NCBI GenBank assembly: GCA_016432625.1
Contig: CP066697.1
Coordinates: 215,363 to 279,362 of the forward strand
Reading direction: 5' to 3'
Source: Candidatus Berkelbacteria bacterium
GTDB lineage: Bacteria; Patescibacteriota; UBA1384; 2-12-FULL-50-11
DNA length: 64,000 nucleotides
The notes below the pieces were generated by a model. It did no database searches. It was given only the letters and a program-made list of their open reading frames with translations, and was not told where the DNA came from. Position 1 is the first letter of the stretch. Each line of letters opens with the position of its first letter. The position numbers were made by a program, and so were the translations under genes. Shown piece after piece: positions 56,520 to 64,000 of this stretch.

Positions 56520-56867
56520 ATGGCAGAAATTACAGATCAAGAATACGTCGAAAGTATCGTAAAGCCTCTGGTAGAAAATCCCGAGGAAGTTGTCACTAGC
56601 CGAACCGTCGATGAGATGGGTGTTTTAATCCAGCTCACTTTGAACCGCTCTGATATGGGTAAGGTTATCGGTCGTGACGGACGAACCGCTAAAGCGATCC
56701 GCTCGCTTTTGCGCGTCTTCGGTTCAAAATCGAATGCCCGCATTAATCTGAAGATCGTTGAGCCTGAAGGTGGCGAACCGGCTCCGGAAAAAGTAAAGAA
56801 GGAAGAAACTGAATCAATTCCGGAAGAGAAGCCAACCTCAGAAGAAAAAGCTACTAGCGTTATCTAG
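56520..56867 (+). CDS. KH-domain RNA-binding protein (YlqC/UPF0109-like) with charged C-terminal tail
   Basis: GKVIGRDGRTAKAIR KH GxxG loop; position between rpsP and trmD as in many bacteria. Confidence 0.75.
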   Translation: MAEITDQEYVESIVKPLVENPEEVVTSRTVDEMGVLIQLTLNRSDMGKVIGRDGRTAKAIRSLLRVFGSKSNARINLKIVEPEGGEPAPEKVKKEETESIPEEKPTSEEKATSVI

Positions 56868-56944
56868 ATAAAACAGAATTGTTAGAATTGTGGCCGCGCC
56901 CGAGTGGGCGCGGCCACTACGTTGTCTTGAGGTACAATTGAAAG

Positions 56945-57583
56945 ATGAAGGTTGATGTTCTAACGCTATTTCCGGATCTAATTGAGCAGGTTTTGACTCA
57001 CTCTATACCTGGTAGAGCTCAACGTAGCGGAGTTGTTGACCTCAACGCGCATCAGTTACGCACTTGGGCGATAGATAAACGAGGTACTGTCGACGATTCG
57101 CCGTACGGCGGCGGCCCGGGAATGGTTCTGCGCGTTGACGTGGCACACGCAGCGCTCGAAGGAGTCGATCACGGACATAGAGCACATCGCATTATGCTCT
57201 CGCCGGACGGCGAACAGTTTACGCAAGAAATTGCCGAAAAATTAAGCCATGAAAAAAGGTTGGTGCTACTTTGTGGGCGTTACGAGGGTTTCGACGCCCG
57301 GATTGAAAAATACGTCGACCAGAAACTCTCGATCGGACCGTACGTTATCAGCGGTGGCGAGCTAGCCGCGGCGGTTGTGATCGACGCTGTCACTCGCCTT
57401 CTATCAGGAGTTCTAGGAAATGCCGCTTCTCTAGAATCCGAAACCTTCGTCGAGGGGCAAACTGATTTTCCGCAATATACTCGACCAGAGGTTTACAAAG
57501 GAAAGAAAGTCCCCGAGGTACTACTTGGCGGGCACCACGCCGAGATCCAGAAATGGCGCGACACCCAACGTCGGCAGGTTTGA
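56945..57583 (+). CDS. trmD: tRNA (guanine37-N1)-methyltransferase
   Basis: SPOUT fold motifs (LLCGRYEGFD, ISIGPYVISGGELAA). Confidence 0.9.
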   Translation: MKVDVLTLFPDLIEQVLTHSIPGRAQRSGVVDLNAHQLRTWAIDKRGTVDDSPYGGGPGMVLRVDVAHAALEGVDHGHRAHRIMLSPDGEQFTQEIAEKLSHEKRLVLLCGRYEGFDARIEKYVDQKLSIGPYVISGGELAAAVVIDAVTRLLSGVLGNAASLESETFVEGQTDFPQYTRPEVYKGKKVPEVLLGGHHAEIQKWRDTQRRQV

Positions 57584-57632
57584 CGTTCTTGGTTGACGAG
57601 TTGCCGATTTATCAGGTATCATCTAGGTAGAA

Positions 57633-57917
57633 ATGCGTTCCCTACAGGACGAAATTGCCGAAATGCAGCGCGAGCTTTCCTGCCCGGTCTGTAACCGGAC
57701 TTTTTCGCTACGAGATATTCAACTTAAAGCGTTTAACGACGAGCATAACGTTGAGCTCTCCGTTATCTGTAACCGGGGCCATTTTCCGGTCATCTTGCTA
57801 GTGCCAGTCAACCTGAAAGAGGTTGCCAAGGCCGGCCTGATTACCAAAACCGAGCTGCAACGCACCGTAAAGGCGCTTGACAGTTTCGAAGGCAGTTTCG
57901 AAAACATCTTGAAATAA
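57633..57917 (+). CDS. Small hypothetical protein with CPVC...C motif
   Basis: 94 aa; possible zinc-ribbon-like N-terminus. Confidence 0.3.
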   Translation: MRSLQDEIAEMQRELSCPVCNRTFSLRDIQLKAFNDEHNVELSVICNRGHFPVILLVPVNLKEVAKAGLITKTELQRTVKALDSFEGSFENILK

Positions 57918-58639
57918 TGGTCAACAAAACGATTGCTCTACACGCCGAAGGGCGTGAAATTACTGGGAAAAAAGTAAAAAAGCTGCGCCAACGCGCGGTG
58001 ATGCCTGCTGTAGTTTATGGTCGCGACCTTGAACCAAGTCCTATCTCAATTGACCTCAAGGAGTTCAAGAAAGTTTTTGCTGAGGCTGGAACGAGCGCTT
58101 TGGTGGACTTAACTATTAATGACGCTAAGCCGATCAAAGTGCTTCTTCACGAACCGCAAACCCATTATCTTAACGGTGAGCCGATTCACGTCGATTTTTA
58201 TGCCGTTAAAATGACCGAAAAAATTGAGACAGCCATTCCGATTACTTTCGTTGGCGTTTCGCCAGCCGTGGAAGAAATGGAAGGCAACTTTATCTCTAAC
58301 AAAGACGAACTTAATATCCGTTGTCTGCCGGGCGATCTCATTCCAGGAGTTGAGGTTGATTTAACCGTACTCAAGACATTTGACGATCAAGTACGCGTTA
58401 AAGATATCCAGGTGCCGGAAACAGTTGAGGTTACCGACGATCCTGAAGACGTGGTTTGCCTCGTCGCCGCGCCAATCAGTGAAGAGGAGCTCGAAGCTGA
58501 GCTAACTGAAGACACCGCTGCTGAAGAAGCTGCCGTTGCTGAGCTCGGTGCTGAAGAAGCTGCCGAAGGTGAAGAAAAAGCCGAAGGCGAAACCGCTGAA
58601 GCCGAAGCCTCACCAGAGCCAGAAACAAAAGACGCCTAA
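57917..58639 (+). CDS. rplY: 50S ribosomal protein L25 / general stress protein Ctc, with acidic C-terminal extension
   Basis: L25 beta-barrel N-terminus (RQRAVMPAVVYG) plus Ctc-type C-domain and E/A-rich tail. Confidence 0.85.
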   Translation: MVNKTIALHAEGREITGKKVKKLRQRAVMPAVVYGRDLEPSPISIDLKEFKKVFAEAGTSALVDLTINDAKPIKVLLHEPQTHYLNGEPIHVDFYAVKMTEKIETAIPITFVGVSPAVEEMEGNFISNKDELNIRCLPGDLIPGVEVDLTVLKTFDDQVRVKDIQVPETVEVTDDPEDVVCLVAAPISEEELEAELTEDTAAEEAAVAELGAEEAAEGEEKAEGETAEAEASPEPETKDA

Positions 58640-58652
58640 GGTGATCAATCTG

Positions 58653-58724
58653 AGCCACCTCGGGGATTTGAACCCCGGACCCACGGTTTACGATACCGTT
58701 GCTCTACCACTGAGCTAAGGTGGC
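58653..58724 (-). tRNA. tRNA-Thr (CGT)
   Basis: Acceptor GCCACCT/AGGTGGC, anticodon stem ACGGT/ACCGT, loop ATCGTAA. Confidence 0.85.
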
Positions 58725-58765
58725 GACTGAAGTATTCTACCCTAAAATTAACCTTGAATTAAGGC

Positions 58766-59533
58766 TTACTTTATTGCCTTGCGGAACGACATGACGGTTA
58801 ACGTCACGAGGACGATGAACATCCCGGCGGCGGCATAAAAACCGTAGGCAATATCCGGATTACCCCAACCGTCAAGGACGAGGGCGCGGATCCCCTCAAT
58901 AATGTAGGTGACAGGGTTGTAATCAGTAATTTGGGCGAAAGTCGATGGCAGAAGCTCACGCGGTGATTGTGACGTTGTTAGGTAAAGCAGCGGGAAGACC
59001 AGGATAAACAACGACTGAACTAGGCGAGCATTCTGAGTTCTAAGGGCGGAGATCATGCCGATACAGCTCCATGCCATCGCGAATAGAATCAGCATCCCAA
59101 ACATCGCCAATACCCCGAAGAAACCGGTTTTAATAGTCACGCCCCAAACCAAAAGTAAAATCAGCATAACCACGCCCTGTAAAATGGACTGAACGGCGAT
59201 CTCAGTGAGTTTTGCTAAGACGATGCTCAGGCGGTTAATCGGCATTATGACCAATTTCTTGAAATAACCACTTTGAATATCTTGGACTAACTCAATACCG
59301 GCGTTACCAGCCGAGAAGAAGATCGCCGTAAAAATTGCCACAGGGGCGATGAAGTCTTTATAAGAAACGTCAGGGAAACCAGGGACTTTAGCGAACGACG
59401 ACAATGAGAGCGAGTTTACCGCAAAGAAAAAGATCGGCATAAAAAACGGTGGCAATAGCGCCATGAGCGGTCGCCAAATCAGTTTAATGTTACGGATCGA
59501 CAGATAATACCAATCAGAAAAGAAAGTCGTCAT
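58766..59533 (-). CDS. ABC-2 type transporter permease
   Basis: Six TM helices with ABC-2 pattern; starts 2 nt after the ATPase gene. Confidence 0.7.
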   Translation of the reverse strand: MTTFFSDWYYLSIRNIKLIWRPLMALLPPFFMPIFFFAVNSLSLSSFAKVPGFPDVSYKDFIAPVAIFTAIFFSAGNAGIELVQDIQSGYFKKLVIMPINRLSIVLAKLTEIAVQSILQGVVMLILLLVWGVTIKTGFFGVLAMFGMLILFAMAWSCIGMISALRTQNARLVQSLFILVFPLLYLTTSQSPRELLPSTFAQITDYNPVTYIIEGIRALVLDGWGNPDIAYGFYAAAGMFIVLVTLTVMSFRKAIK

Positions 59534-59534
59534 G

Positions 59535-60341
59535 CTAGCTCCTCATCCTCACGAATGGGTCAGCGGCGTTCTTATTAACATCCTCCTCGCCGATATTGTG
59601 TCCGGTGGTTTTAAGGAAAACTTCTTCGATATTTTTGGCGTTATGTTTCTTGATTAATTCTTGCGGTGAACCCATTTCAACGATCTGGCCTTTGTCCATA
59701 ATCGCTAAACGTTCACAAAGCTCCTCGGCCTCTTCCATAAAGTGAGTAGTCAGGAAAATCGTCATACCCTCTTTATTGAGCTTGCGCAGGTGACTCCAGA
59801 TCAGTTGCCTGGCATGTGGATCGAGGCCTTGGGTCGGTTCATCAAGGAACAAGACCTTTGGCTCGTGCATCAAGGACAGGGCTAAGTCGAAGCGACGACG
59901 CATGCCGCCAGAGTACGTTGAAGTAAATTTGTCGGCAACTTTCTCAAGCTCAACTAGTTTGAGGAGCATGCTGACTCGCTGCTGGATTTTTTCGTTATCC
60001 ATGTGATAAAGCTTGCCGTGCAATTGCAGCATTTCTCGAGCTGTCGCCACCTCATCAAGGCCAACTTCTTGCATGGCAAAGCCGACACGCTTATATATTT
60101 CGTCTAGGTTATCTTCGAGCCTCAGGCCGTCAATCTTAATTTCGCCCGAAGTTTTCTTGACCAAATTGACGAGCATATTGATGGTAGTTGTTTTACCAGC
60201 CCCATTGGGCCCTAAAAAGCCAAAGAATTCGCCCTGACGCACGTCGAAACTAACCCCCCGCACCGCCTCGGTACCGCCCGGATAGGTTTTCCTGATATCT
60301 TTGACGCTGATGATATTTTTTGACACGACAGTAGAACTCAT
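59535..60341 (-). CDS. ABC transporter ATP-binding protein
   Basis: Walker A GPNGAGKTT, signature YSGGMRRRFDLALSL, Walker B LFLDEPT. Confidence 0.85.
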   Translation of the reverse strand: MSSTVVSKNIISVKDIRKTYPGGTEAVRGVSFDVRQGEFFGFLGPNGAGKTTTINMLVNLVKKTSGEIKIDGLRLEDNLDEIYKRVGFAMQEVGLDEVATAREMLQLHGKLYHMDNEKIQQRVSMLLKLVELEKVADKFTSTYSGGMRRRFDLALSLMHEPKVLFLDEPTQGLDPHARQLIWSHLRKLNKEGMTIFLTTHFMEEAEELCERLAIMDKGQIVEMGSPQELIKKHNAKNIEEVFLKTTGHNIGEEDVNKNAADPFVRMRS

Positions 60342-60650
60342 GAGTCAACAGTATGCCAAACGAAAAGTTGCCTGTAAAGTATGCCAACAGCAGATCATCC
60401 AAAACATTTTCCACGGCCAGCGTTACCTTAATTCAAAGACTAGAGAAACTACTAAAGCTCTTTTGGCCAAGTGTGACTAGGGTAAGTACATGCAACGACT
60501 CGTGTTGGTGAGAACCGATTACGAGAAGCATCGCGACGACCACCCGGTTTGAGGCGATGGCGTTGTGACAATTAGTCCACCTCGACTCTAGCAAACTTCC
60601 CGGCCCCCTCCGGGATTTTTGCTATTTTGTTGAGGCAATTTCCTTGTTCG

Positions 60651-60721
60651 AGCGGGTGAGGGGAATTGAACCCCCTTCTCAACCTTGGGAAGGTTACGTC
60701 ATGCCGTTAGACCACACCCGC
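60651..60721 (-). tRNA. tRNA-Gly (CCC)
   Basis: Acceptor GCGGGTG/CACCCGC, anticodon loop TTCCCAA. Confidence 0.8.
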
Positions 60722-60769
60722 GTTTTTAACAGGGTTAGCTTACCTGATGCGGTGTGGTACAGTAAAGGT

Positions 60770-61777
60770 ATGGAGGGGAAGCGTGTAGTCTTTTTTGAGG
60801 TAGAAAAATGGGAAGAAGAGTTCTTTCGTGAGCGATTACACGGCACGGAACTTGTCTTTTATCCGCATCGTTTGACGCCGCATAACGTCCCCGAGGCCGA
60901 GGGGGCGGATTTCCTGGTCTGTTTTGTTTACTCTGACCTGAAGGCTCATGTCCTCGATCAGTTGCGCGACATCAGGGGGATTGCCACGATGTCAGTGGGT
61001 ACTAATCATATTGATATGAAACTAGCCCACGAGCGTAATATCACGGTTTGCAACGTCCCGGCGTACGGCCCAAACACCGTCGCGGAACACGCGATCGCTC
61101 TCTTACTGGCACTGTCTCGTAATATCGTCCCCTCTGTCGAGCGAACCCGCGACGGTGACTTTGACTATCGCGGTCTGACAGGTTGGGACTTGATGGGCAA
61201 AACGCTCGGCGTTGTCGGCACTGGCAAAATTGGTGCTCACGTTGCCCGGATCGCAAGCGGCTTGGGTATGCGCCTTATGGCCTTCGATCCCAAACCAAAT
61301 GACGAACTAGTAGAGAAATACGGTGTTGAATTTGTTTCATTGCCGCAACTGCTCCACGCCAGCGATGTTATTACCCTCCATTGTCCGTTACTTGCTAACA
61401 ACACCCACGTCGTCGGGCGCGACGAGTTCAAACAAATGAAAAGAGGAGTGGTATTAATTAACACCGCACGTGGCGGCTTAGTCGACACGAGAGCCTTGCT
61501 CGAGGCGATCGATGATGGGATCGTCTCCCAAGCGGCTGTCGATGTGTTGGAGGACGAGGAGCTTCTACAAGAAGAAAAAGAGTTTTTCTCACCGTATTTC
61601 CAGCTTAAAGACTACCAAACAGCGCTCGCCGATCACGCCCTAATGCGTCACCCGAAAGTTTTAGTCACGCCGCACAACGCGTTCAATAGTCGAGAAGCGC
61701 TCGACAATATTTTAGAAACTACCGCTAAGAATATCGAAGGAATGCTGACGAGCGATCTAGTTAATGTAGTGAGCTGA
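60770..61777 (+). CDS. D-isomer-specific 2-hydroxyacid dehydrogenase (D-lactate dehydrogenase-like)
   Basis: NAD-binding GxGxxG (VVGTGKIGAHVA), catalytic R/E/H arrangement. Listed ORF's first 42 codons cross tRNA-Gly, so start set at MEGKRVVFF. Confidence 0.8.
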   Translation: MEGKRVVFFEVEKWEEEFFRERLHGTELVFYPHRLTPHNVPEAEGADFLVCFVYSDLKAHVLDQLRDIRGIATMSVGTNHIDMKLAHERNITVCNVPAYGPNTVAEHAIALLLALSRNIVPSVERTRDGDFDYRGLTGWDLMGKTLGVVGTGKIGAHVARIASGLGMRLMAFDPKPNDELVEKYGVEFVSLPQLLHASDVITLHCPLLANNTHVVGRDEFKQMKRGVVLINTARGGLVDTRALLEAIDDGIVSQAAVDVLEDEELLQEEKEFFSPYFQLKDYQTALADHALMRHPKVLVTPHNAFNSREALDNILETTAKNIEGMLTSDLVNVVS

Positions 61778-61779
61778 CG

Positions 61780-62208
61780 ATGCTCTACCTTGCCGCCGAC
61801 CATGCGGGGTTTGAGCAGAAAGAATTTGTGGCCCATAAGTTGGCAATCGATGGCGTCGCTTTTGAAGATCTAGGGACGTTTTCCAAGGAGATGGATGACT
61901 ATCCCGTACACGCCAGGCGTGTTGCTAAGGAAGTCATAAAGCACGGCGGCACTGGGTTGCTTTTCTGCGGCACCGGCGTAGGAATGTCGATTGTGGCCAA
62001 TAGAACCAAAGGTATCCGGGCGGCGGTGGTTTGGAACGAAGAGGTCGCTCAACGTTCACGCGATGAGGACGATGCCAATATCGCCTGCTTGCCGGCCCGA
62101 CTTGTAAGTAACGAAACGGCTTGGGAGATAGTTCGGATGTTTCTGGCTACGACATTTGGCCATGAAGAGAGATATAAACGCCGAGTCAAGGAGATCGATC
62201 GAATATGA
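61780..62208 (+). CDS. rpiB: Ribose-5-phosphate isomerase B
   Basis: RpiB/LacAB fold motifs (LLFCGTGVGMSIVANR), 142 aa. Confidence 0.85.
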   Translation: MLYLAADHAGFEQKEFVAHKLAIDGVAFEDLGTFSKEMDDYPVHARRVAKEVIKHGGTGLLFCGTGVGMSIVANRTKGIRAAVVWNEEVAQRSRDEDDANIACLPARLVSNETAWEIVRMFLATTFGHEERYKRRVKEIDRI

Positions 62209-62852
62209 AGGCTAAGGGACCGATCTTGCCTGGAAACTTAACGAATACTGCAGAAGATTTCCTGCGCCATTTAGAGTTCGCTCGTGAGAATGCTAACGCC
62301 ATTCATATCGACGTCGCCGACGGTGAGTTTGTCCCTCCAACTACGCTCCCAATCAAAAAATGGCCGACGCTGGCGATTGACTACGCCGAAGCACATTTGA
62401 TGGTGAAAAACCCGATACCTTATTTGGACGATCTTAAAAAAGCTGGAGTGACGCGCAGTATTGTTCATATTGAGTCGTTTTTCGACCCGGATGAATTGGT
62501 CTCGTACGCCAGGGAAATCGATATGTTGCTCGGTTTTGCTGTTAGCCCAGAAACTGACCTGGAGTATCTCAGACCCTTTTTAGAACTGAGTAACTACGTT
62601 CAAGTAATGGGTATTGAACCAGGCAAGACGGGGCAGACCATGTTGCCTCAGACGCCAACGGCCGTAAGTTACCTTCATCGATTACCCAACCGCCGACTGG
62701 TGATAAGTGTCGATGGCGGTGTACACGAGAACACTATCCTACAGCTACGTAAAAATGGGGCGAGTTATTTTGTCGCCTCTTCGGCAATTTTCGATAGCAC
62801 CGATTGGCAAGCTAGCTACTCGCGACTTTTAGAACTAGCGGAGATGTCATGA
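62205..62852 (+). CDS. rpe: Ribulose-phosphate 3-epimerase
   Basis: TIM-barrel with HIDVADG and MGIEPGKTGQ / VDGGV motifs. Confidence 0.8.
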   Translation: MKAKGPILPGNLTNTAEDFLRHLEFARENANAIHIDVADGEFVPPTTLPIKKWPTLAIDYAEAHLMVKNPIPYLDDLKKAGVTRSIVHIESFFDPDELVSYAREIDMLLGFAVSPETDLEYLRPFLELSNYVQVMGIEPGKTGQTMLPQTPTAVSYLHRLPNRRLVISVDGGVHENTILQLRKNGASYFVASSAIFDSTDWQASYSRLLELAEMS

Positions 62853-63691
62853 ACAGCAAGCAGCTTGCACTTAAAGCCAACGAAATTCGTCAAGAAATAA
62901 TCGCTATGTTACTTGAGGCTGGTTCAGGTCATTCGGCGGGGCCGCTTGGTATGGCCGACGTCTTCACGGCGCTATATTTTGAAATTCTTAAAATTAAAAA
63001 CGAAGATCCCGATTGGTCAGAGCGCGACCGTTTAGTTCTGTCTTGTGGCCACATTTGTCCAGTGCTTTACGCGACGCTGGCGTTGCGCGGCTTTTTCCCA
63101 CGAGCCGAGTTAAAGACGTTGCGACAAATTGGTAGTCGCCTGCAAGGACACCCGCATAATCTATCACTCCCAGGCGTAGAGACGTCCTCAGGACCGCTAG
63201 GCCAGGGCGTTAGCCAAGCTATTGGCATGGCCTTAGCGGCTAAATTAAAGGACGAGGATTGGCGGACCTACCTTGTGATGAGTGACGGCGAGCACAACGA
63301 AGGGCAGAGTTGGGAAGGAATTATGTATGCGGGTGCAAGGCGCCTTCATAATCTAACGGCAATTGTTGACCGCAATAATATCCAGATCGACGGCCATACC
63401 GAAGACGTTTTGCCGCTAGAGCCACTACTCGAAAAATACCAAGCTTTTAACTGGCACGTGATCGAGGCTGACGGCCACAATTTTGACGACATTATTAGCT
63501 CTTTCCGTCACGCCCGAGCAGTTTTTGAAAAGCCGACCGCGATAATTTTTCATACTATCCCCGGTAAGGGCGTTGACTTCATGGAACAAGATTATAAATG
63601 GCACGGTACGCCACCCGATAAAGAGCAAGCTCACCAGGCATTAAATGAGCTCCGGACACTGCGCGGAAAAATTCAGGGAGAACACGAGTGA
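62849..63691 (+). CDS. Transketolase, N-terminal (TPP-binding) subunit
   Basis: GHSAGPLGMADV and GDGE.NEGQSWE TPP-binding motifs in a 280-aa protein; the stop overlaps the next ATG. Confidence 0.9.
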   Translation: MNSKQLALKANEIRQEIIAMLLEAGSGHSAGPLGMADVFTALYFEILKIKNEDPDWSERDRLVLSCGHICPVLYATLALRGFFPRAELKTLRQIGSRLQGHPHNLSLPGVETSSGPLGQGVSQAIGMALAAKLKDEDWRTYLVMSDGEHNEGQSWEGIMYAGARRLHNLTAIVDRNNIQIDGHTEDVLPLEPLLEKYQAFNWHVIEADGHNFDDIISSFRHARAVFEKPTAIIFHTIPGKGVDFMEQDYKWHGTPPDKEQAHQALNELRTLRGKIQGEHE

Positions 63692-64000
63692 TGCAACTCT
63701 TGAACGGCGTTGGCGTAGGTGAGTTGGAACAAGCGGCGATTCGTGACGGCTTTGGTGAAGCGCTTCTTCAGCTTGGTAAGCACAACGAGAGTATTGTCGC
63801 CCTAACGGCCGACTTGACAGAGAGCACTAGGGTTCAGCAATTTGCCAAGAGTTTTCCGGAGCGGTTTTTTGAAATTGGCGTCGCGGAACAAAATTTAATT
63901 GGTATCGCTGCCGGACTTTCTCATGAAGGCTTTATTCCGTTCGCCGCGTCTTACGCCGTCTTCTCGCCAGGACGAACTTGGGATCAAATCAGAGTCTCAG
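63691..64000 (+). CDS. Transketolase, C-terminal (pyrimidine-binding) subunit, truncated by window end
   Basis: FGEALLQLGKHNESIVALTADL...FFEIGVAEQNLIGIAAGLS pattern. Confidence 0.85.
   Translation, partial: MQLLNGVGVGELEQAAIRDGFGEALLQLGKHNESIVALTADLTESTRVQQFAKSFPERFFEIGVAEQNLIGIAAGLSHEGFIPFAASYAVFSPGRTWDQIRVS

Noticed and set aside
58476-58658. 60-aa minus-strand ORF (Leu/Arg/Gln-rich) at the rplY 3' end
   Set aside because: Antisense of the GAA/GCT-rich acidic tail coding region of L25 and overlaps tRNA-Thr.

Overview
This is a gene-dense 64-kb stretch of a compact bacterial chromosome at about 50% GC, with genes on both strands and many start/stop overlaps, including ATGA-type couplings. 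TGA is used as a stop codon. Nine tRNA genes are present, and none encodes a complete CCA end. Housekeeping genes include a truncated DEAD-box helicase, typA, thrS, glyA, smpB, ychF, uvrA, rnhB, infC-rpmI-rplT, lgt, lepB, der, a priA-like gene, a def-fmt fusion, rpsP, trmD, rplY, folD, tsaB/tsaE, rpiB, rpe and a split transketolase. These are interleaved with envelope and surface genes: an LCP protein, a PpiC-type foldase, a PcsB-like CHAP hydrolase, a 1239-aa repeat-rich surface protein, glycoside-hydrolase-like and DUF4430-like proteins, and MacB-type and ABC-2 transporters. The gene content is consistent with a reduced-genome, Gram-positive-like, possibly CPR/Patescibacteria-type organism; this is inference only. 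No transposase, integrase or CRISPR array was seen. The most notable observations are: (1) the bacterial type-A RNase P RNA gene (rnpB) is interrupted by a roughly 290-nt insertion closed by an 18-bp helix, and the insertion carries a Shine-Dalgarno (SD) sequence plus a 77-codon ORF. (2) Two C-tract/G-tract palindromes resembling CsoR/RicR operators each form the 17-nt spacer of a -35/-10 promoter; one precedes csoR, which is translationally coupled to a coiled-coil CHAP hydrolase, and the other precedes a DsbD/CcdA-like plus TlpA-like thiol-disulfide module, with a divergent methionine-rich 46-aa peptide and a thioredoxin-CcdA operon adjacent. (3) A copper operon runs arsR-family regulator, permease-cupredoxin fusion, copZ, an unannotated 37-aa membrane peptide ending in HHH, and copA, with a candidate operator. 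(4) The smpB translation start region is tandemly triplicated at a 71-nt period, giving two 24-codon uORFs chained by ATGA overlaps. (5) A Def-Fmt fusion protein, a PriA-like protein with lost Walker A/B motifs, and an AUU-initiated infC are present. (6) Several tRNA genes are flanked by partial tRNA duplications.
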